Source of the DNA: an uncultured Flavobacteriaceae bacterium
GTDB taxonomy: Bacteria; Bacteroidota; Bacteroidia; Flavobacteriales; Flavobacteriaceae
Length of the DNA stretch: 64,000 bases
Assembly: GCA_913048115.1 (NCBI GenBank)
Contig: CAJWVI010000002.1
Span: forward strand, 50,095 to 114,094
Reading direction: 5' to 3'
Below are positions 60,530 through 64,000 of the stretch, piece by piece. How positions within the stretch are numbered: position 1 is the stretch's first letter; each line of letters opens with the position of its first letter. The notes under the pieces are model-generated. The model was not told the origin of the DNA, made no database searches, and saw only the letters and a list, made by a program, of their open reading frames with translations. The translations under genes were made by a program, and so were the position numbers.

Positions 60530-60703
60530 ATGTTTGGACTATTTAAAAAGAAATCGGAAAAAGAAACGCTAGAGGCTGCCTACCAGAAACTTACCAAAGA
60601 ATCTTTTGAGCTCTCCAAAACAAACAGAAAGGCTAGTGATCAAAAAGCCTATGAGGCAGAACAGGTAATGAAAAAATTAGAATCCTTATCTAAAAAATCA
60701 TAA
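60530..60703 (+). CDS. Lacal_2735-like small protein, 57 aa (absent from the ORF track)
   Basis: MFGLFKKKSEKETLEAAYQKLTKESFELSKTNRKASDQKAYEAEQVMKKLESLSKKS; stop 2 nt before the next ATG. Confidence 0.85.
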   Translation: MFGLFKKKSEKETLEAAYQKLTKESFELSKTNRKASDQKAYEAEQVMKKLESLSKKS

Positions 60704-60705
60704 AT

Positions 60706-60996
60706 ATGGCAACAGCCTCCTCTACTTTTACCGAAAGAGAATTAGATCGAATTATTGAAATGGCCTGGGAAGATCGCACTCCTTTTGAAGCTATTTTATT
60801 TCAATTTGGGCTTCCAGAAAAAGAGGTCATTAAAGTAATGCGAGGATATCTTAAAGAATCTAGCTTTAAGCGTTGGAGAAAAAGAGTAAATAGTGGTGTA
60901 AGCCAAAAACACCTAAAAAAAAGAAACTCAGACATTACACGCTTTAAGTGTTCACGTCAAAAATCTATCTCAGGCAATAAGATATCCAAACGGTAA
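60706..60996 (+). CDS. TIGR03643/DUF2805 family protein
   Basis: RIIEMAWEDRTPFEAI...GL.EKEVI..MR...SSFKRWRKRV. Confidence 0.9.
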   Translation: MATASSTFTERELDRIIEMAWEDRTPFEAILFQFGLPEKEVIKVMRGYLKESSFKRWRKRVNSGVSQKHLKKRNSDITRFKCSRQKSISGNKISKR

Positions 60997-62115
60997 ATGA
61001 AATTATTTGAACAGCAAGATACTATCTTTCCAACTTCTTATGATGAAATACTGCAGCGTGTTCAAAAGATTGACCCTGTAAAATATACTTCTAGTAGAAA
61101 TTATATAAACGGAAGTGTTTCCTATCTATCACCCTATATCTCTAGAGGTGTTATTTCAACAAAGTTTGTTTTTACAGAAATTTTAAAAAAAGGCTATACA
61201 CCAAGACAAGCAGAAAAGTTTATTCAAGAATTAGCATGGAGAGATTATTGGCAGCAGGTTTGGGTTGCCAAAGGTAATGGCATTAATCAAGACATAAAGC
61301 ACCAACAAGCTCCTGTATCAAATACTGCTATTTCTAAAGCAATTGTAGAAGCAACCACCGGTATTAAGGCTATAGACACAGCCATTGAAGAATTTTATAA
61401 AACTGGATACCTACACAACCATCTTAGAATGTATATAGCAGCGATAGCCTGTAACATGGGCCAAAGTCACTGGAAAACACCTGCACAATGGATGTACTAT
61501 CATTTATTGGATGCAGATTGGGCTAGCAACGCCCTTAGTTGGCAATGGGTGGCAGGAGCCAATGCAAATAAAAAATATGTTGCAAATCAAGAGAACATTA
61601 ATAGGTATTGTTTTTCACAACAAAAAGACACTTTTCTAGACATACCCTATGAAGCCTTTGAGGGCATGGATGTTCCTGAAATATTAAAAGAGATAGCATC
61701 ACCAGTATTAAAAACACCACTACCAAAACAAGAAACCATTACGGTAGATGAAGGCCTAGCCACTTGTATTTATAATTTTTACAACCTAGACCCGCGTTGG
61801 AATGAAGATATTTCGGCAAATAGAATCTTATTATTGGAGCCATCTCACTTTGAGGAGTATCCAGTATCACAAAAGACACTAGATTTTATATACGCTATTT
61901 CAAAACAAAATATTCCAAAAATTCAAATCTATGTTGGAGAGTTTAAAGACCTTATAAAGACGCATAACTTTGGAAACATACACTTTAAAGAACACCCACT
62001 TAACAAACATTATAAAGGGATTCAGGAGCCTAGAGAATGGATCTTTGACGTGCAAGGCTACTTCCCATCGTTCTTTGCCTATTGGAAAAAATGTAAAAAA
62101 CAACTCATCTATTGA
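60997..62115 (+). CDS. Photolyase-family protein with inverted domain order (NewPHL-like)
   Basis: FAD-domain motifs ([36 protein letters not shown]) lie in the N-terminal part. Confidence 0.8.
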   Translation: MKLFEQQDTIFPTSYDEILQRVQKIDPVKYTSSRNYINGSVSYLSPYISRGVISTKFVFTEILKKGYTPRQAEKFIQELAWRDYWQQVWVAKGNGINQDIKHQQAPVSNTAISKAIVEATTGIKAIDTAIEEFYKTGYLHNHLRMYIAAIACNMGQSHWKTPAQWMYYHLLDADWASNALSWQWVAGANANKKYVANQENINRYCFSQQKDTFLDIPYEAFEGMDVPEILKEIASPVLKTPLPKQETITVDEGLATCIYNFYNLDPRWNEDISANRILLLEPSHFEEYPVSQKTLDFIYAISKQNIPKIQIYVGEFKDLIKTHNFGNIHFKEHPLNKHYKGIQEPREWIFDVQGYFPSFFAYWKKCKKQLIY

Positions 62116-63584
62116 AGCCAGAGCCAATTAATATTGTGTGGCTAAAGCGTGATATACGCTCTCAGGATCATGAAGCTTTATTACATGCAGAGCGCGCTAG
62201 TATTCCATACCGTATCGTCTATTTTTTTGAGGCTAACCTTATTGAATATCCTGATACCAGTGAGCGACATCTACAATTTATCTATCAATCTATTGCGGTA
62301 CTCAATAAAACACTGGCTCCTTATAACAGAAGTGTAGATGTATTCTATGGAGCGGCATTAGATATTTTTAAATACATAGCAACATCTTATGATATACAGC
62401 ACATTTTTAGCTACAGAGAGAGCGGTACGCTAGGTACCTGGAAACGTGATAAACAAGTAGCATCTTTTTGTAAACAACACCATATTGCATGGAATGAATT
62501 TCAACGTGATGGTATTTTAAGAGGTATAAAAAACAGAGTAGACTGGACCGCACAATGGCATGCAAAAATGCATACACCGGTGATTAAAAATGTTTTTTCT
62601 GTTACTACACAAAAAGCACTAACACATTTGTTTTTACTGCCCGAGAAACTTGAAAAAAAATTAAAAGAATACTCAAAACAATACCAGCCTGCTGGAGAGG
62701 CTAATGCTTGGCGTTATTTAAAATCATTTACAGCAAAAAGAGGTTTTAACTACCAAAAACACATCTCAAAACCTGCAGAAAGCAGGTTAGGATGTAGCAG
62801 ATTATCTCCATATTTAGCATGGGGAAACATAAGTATTAAACAAGCATTTCAATACATAGGCACACACCCAAATGGAACAAAAAATAGCAAAGCTTTTTCT
62901 GCCATGCTCACAAGGTTACATTGGCATTGCCATTTTATTCAGAAATTTGAGGTGGAGTGCAGCTACGAAACTCAGTGCGTCAATAGTGGCTATGAACTGC
63001 TGCCCCACTCAAAAAATGAGGCTTTTTTAAAGGCCTGGAAAACAGGTACTACTGGATATCCATTAATAGATGCTTGCATGCGGGCTGTAGAGCAAACAGG
63101 ATGGATTAATTTTAGAATGCGTGCTATGGTAGTTTCTTTTTTAACTATGAATCTAGACCAAGACTGGCGAGAAGGCACCTATCATTTAGCAAGACAGTTT
63201 TTAGACTATGAACCCGGCATTCATTATCCTCAATTTCAAATGCAAGCAGGAACAACTGGTATTAATACCGTACGTTTGTACAATCCTGTAAAAAACTCAC
63301 AAGAGCATGATCCACAGGGTGTCTTTATAAAAAAATGGGTTCCAGAACTCAGCAATGTTCCTCTAGCATTTATTCATGAACCCTGGAGCATGTCTTCCAT
63401 GGAACAAACCTTTTGTAATGTCTACATTGGTGATAACTACCCTTATCCTATTGTTGACTTGCAAGAAAGCGCTCGCATTGCTAGAGATAAAATTTGGGGG
63501 CATAAAAAACACCCTGCTGTACAAAAAGAAAAAAAACGCTTGTTACAAACACACGTAAATAGAAGACATAATGATTTACACTAA
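62112..63584 (+). CDS. Deoxyribodipyrimidine photolyase/cryptochrome family protein
   Basis: [48 protein letters not shown]; TTG start. Confidence 0.92.
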   Translation: MKPEPINIVWLKRDIRSQDHEALLHAERASIPYRIVYFFEANLIEYPDTSERHLQFIYQSIAVLNKTLAPYNRSVDVFYGAALDIFKYIATSYDIQHIFSYRESGTLGTWKRDKQVASFCKQHHIAWNEFQRDGILRGIKNRVDWTAQWHAKMHTPVIKNVFSVTTQKALTHLFLLPEKLEKKLKEYSKQYQPAGEANAWRYLKSFTAKRGFNYQKHISKPAESRLGCSRLSPYLAWGNISIKQAFQYIGTHPNGTKNSKAFSAMLTRLHWHCHFIQKFEVECSYETQCVNSGYELLPHSKNEAFLKAWKTGTTGYPLIDACMRAVEQTGWINFRMRAMVVSFLTMNLDQDWREGTYHLARQFLDYEPGIHYPQFQMQAGTTGINTVRLYNPVKNSQEHDPQGVFIKKWVPELSNVPLAFIHEPWSMSSMEQTFCNVYIGDNYPYPIVDLQESARIARDKIWGHKKHPAVQKEKKRLLQTHVNRRHNDLH

Positions 63585-64000
63585 AAAAGACATCGAAGAG
63601 TTAGACCGTATTACCAGGCTTAAATTAATTAATTCGGTTACAGGTATAAAGCCTGCTAACCTCATAGGAACCATAAGCAATAGTAAACAAACTAATCTAG
63701 CGATTTTTAGTTCGGTAGTACACCTAGGTAGTAATCCTGGCTTATTAGGCTTTATCTCTAGGCCTCAAACCCCAGAAGTTGGACACACCCTAAGAAATAT
63801 CGAAGAAAATGGTTCATACACCATTAATCATATTCATCCAGCGTTTGTGAAAAACGCCCATTATACATCGGCAAAATTCACCAACGAAGACTCAGAGTTT
63901 GAACACTGTCACCTTTCAGAAGAATACCAAAATGGTATTCTTGCTCCTTTTGTAAAAGAAAGCACCTTTAAAATGGGCATGCGTTTTGTAGAAGCCTTAG
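63571..64000 (+). CDS. Flavin reductase family protein (partial; runs off the window)
   Basis: ORF from ATG 63571: [34 protein letters not shown]...[15 protein letters not shown]...[17 protein letters not shown]. Confidence 0.88.
   Translation, partial: MIYTKKDIEELDRITRLKLINSVTGIKPANLIGTISNSKQTNLAIFSSVVHLGSNPGLLGFISRPQTPEVGHTLRNIEENGSYTINHIHPAFVKNAHYTSAKFTNEDSEFEHCHLSEEYQNGILAPFVKESTFKMGMRFVEAL

Noticed and set aside
993-63558. Many 60-150 aa ORFs antisense to or nested in long genes (e.g. 993-1199, 9786-10235, 38417-38734, 41589-41933, 57494-57844)
   Set aside because: They are shadow frames of well-supported genes, with no recognisable motifs
57996-64000. Genomic island integrated at tRNA-Ser
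   Set aside because: I saw no duplicated tRNA 3' end, no integrase and no obvious compositional shift downstream
1-64000. CRISPR arrays, IS elements, rRNA, defence or toxin-antitoxin loci
   Set aside because: No regularly spaced repeats, transposase, cas, rRNA or defence motifs were seen; the helicases are dispersed among housekeeping genes rather than clustered with nucleases

Overview
Core-chromosome segment of an AT-rich Flavobacteriaceae (Bacteroidota) genome, probably marine. The assignment rests on gene content, TAnnTTTG -7 promoters, A-rich starts without Shine-Dalgarno motifs, and a T9SS cargo gene. It holds about 55 CDS (murA, recQ, aroQ, xerD, kdsB, rsmD, dnaX, miaE, ppk1/ppx/sixA, pdxH, rnz, pyrR/pyrB, gyrA, clpC, hutH, gcvT, bshA, mazG and others), RNase P RNA (rnpB, absent from the ORF track), tRNA-Ser(TGA), many intrinsic terminators, and the start of a photolyase operon at the right end. 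I saw no CRISPR array, IS, prophage or recognisable defence system. Most notable: (1) an A10 run in dnaX at the gamma/tau boundary with immediate stops in both shifted frames, a candidate slippage recoding site; (2) an inverted-topology photolyase in a tightly coupled operon with an uncalled 57-aa ORF; (3) a diverged second RpoD-type sigma factor lacking a housekeeping promoter but preceded by an ECF-like motif also found before a LolA-like/VPS10 gene pair; (4) several promoters placed exactly 4 nt before ATG, suggesting leaderless mRNAs. Family assignments come from motif recognition by eye; no searches were run.
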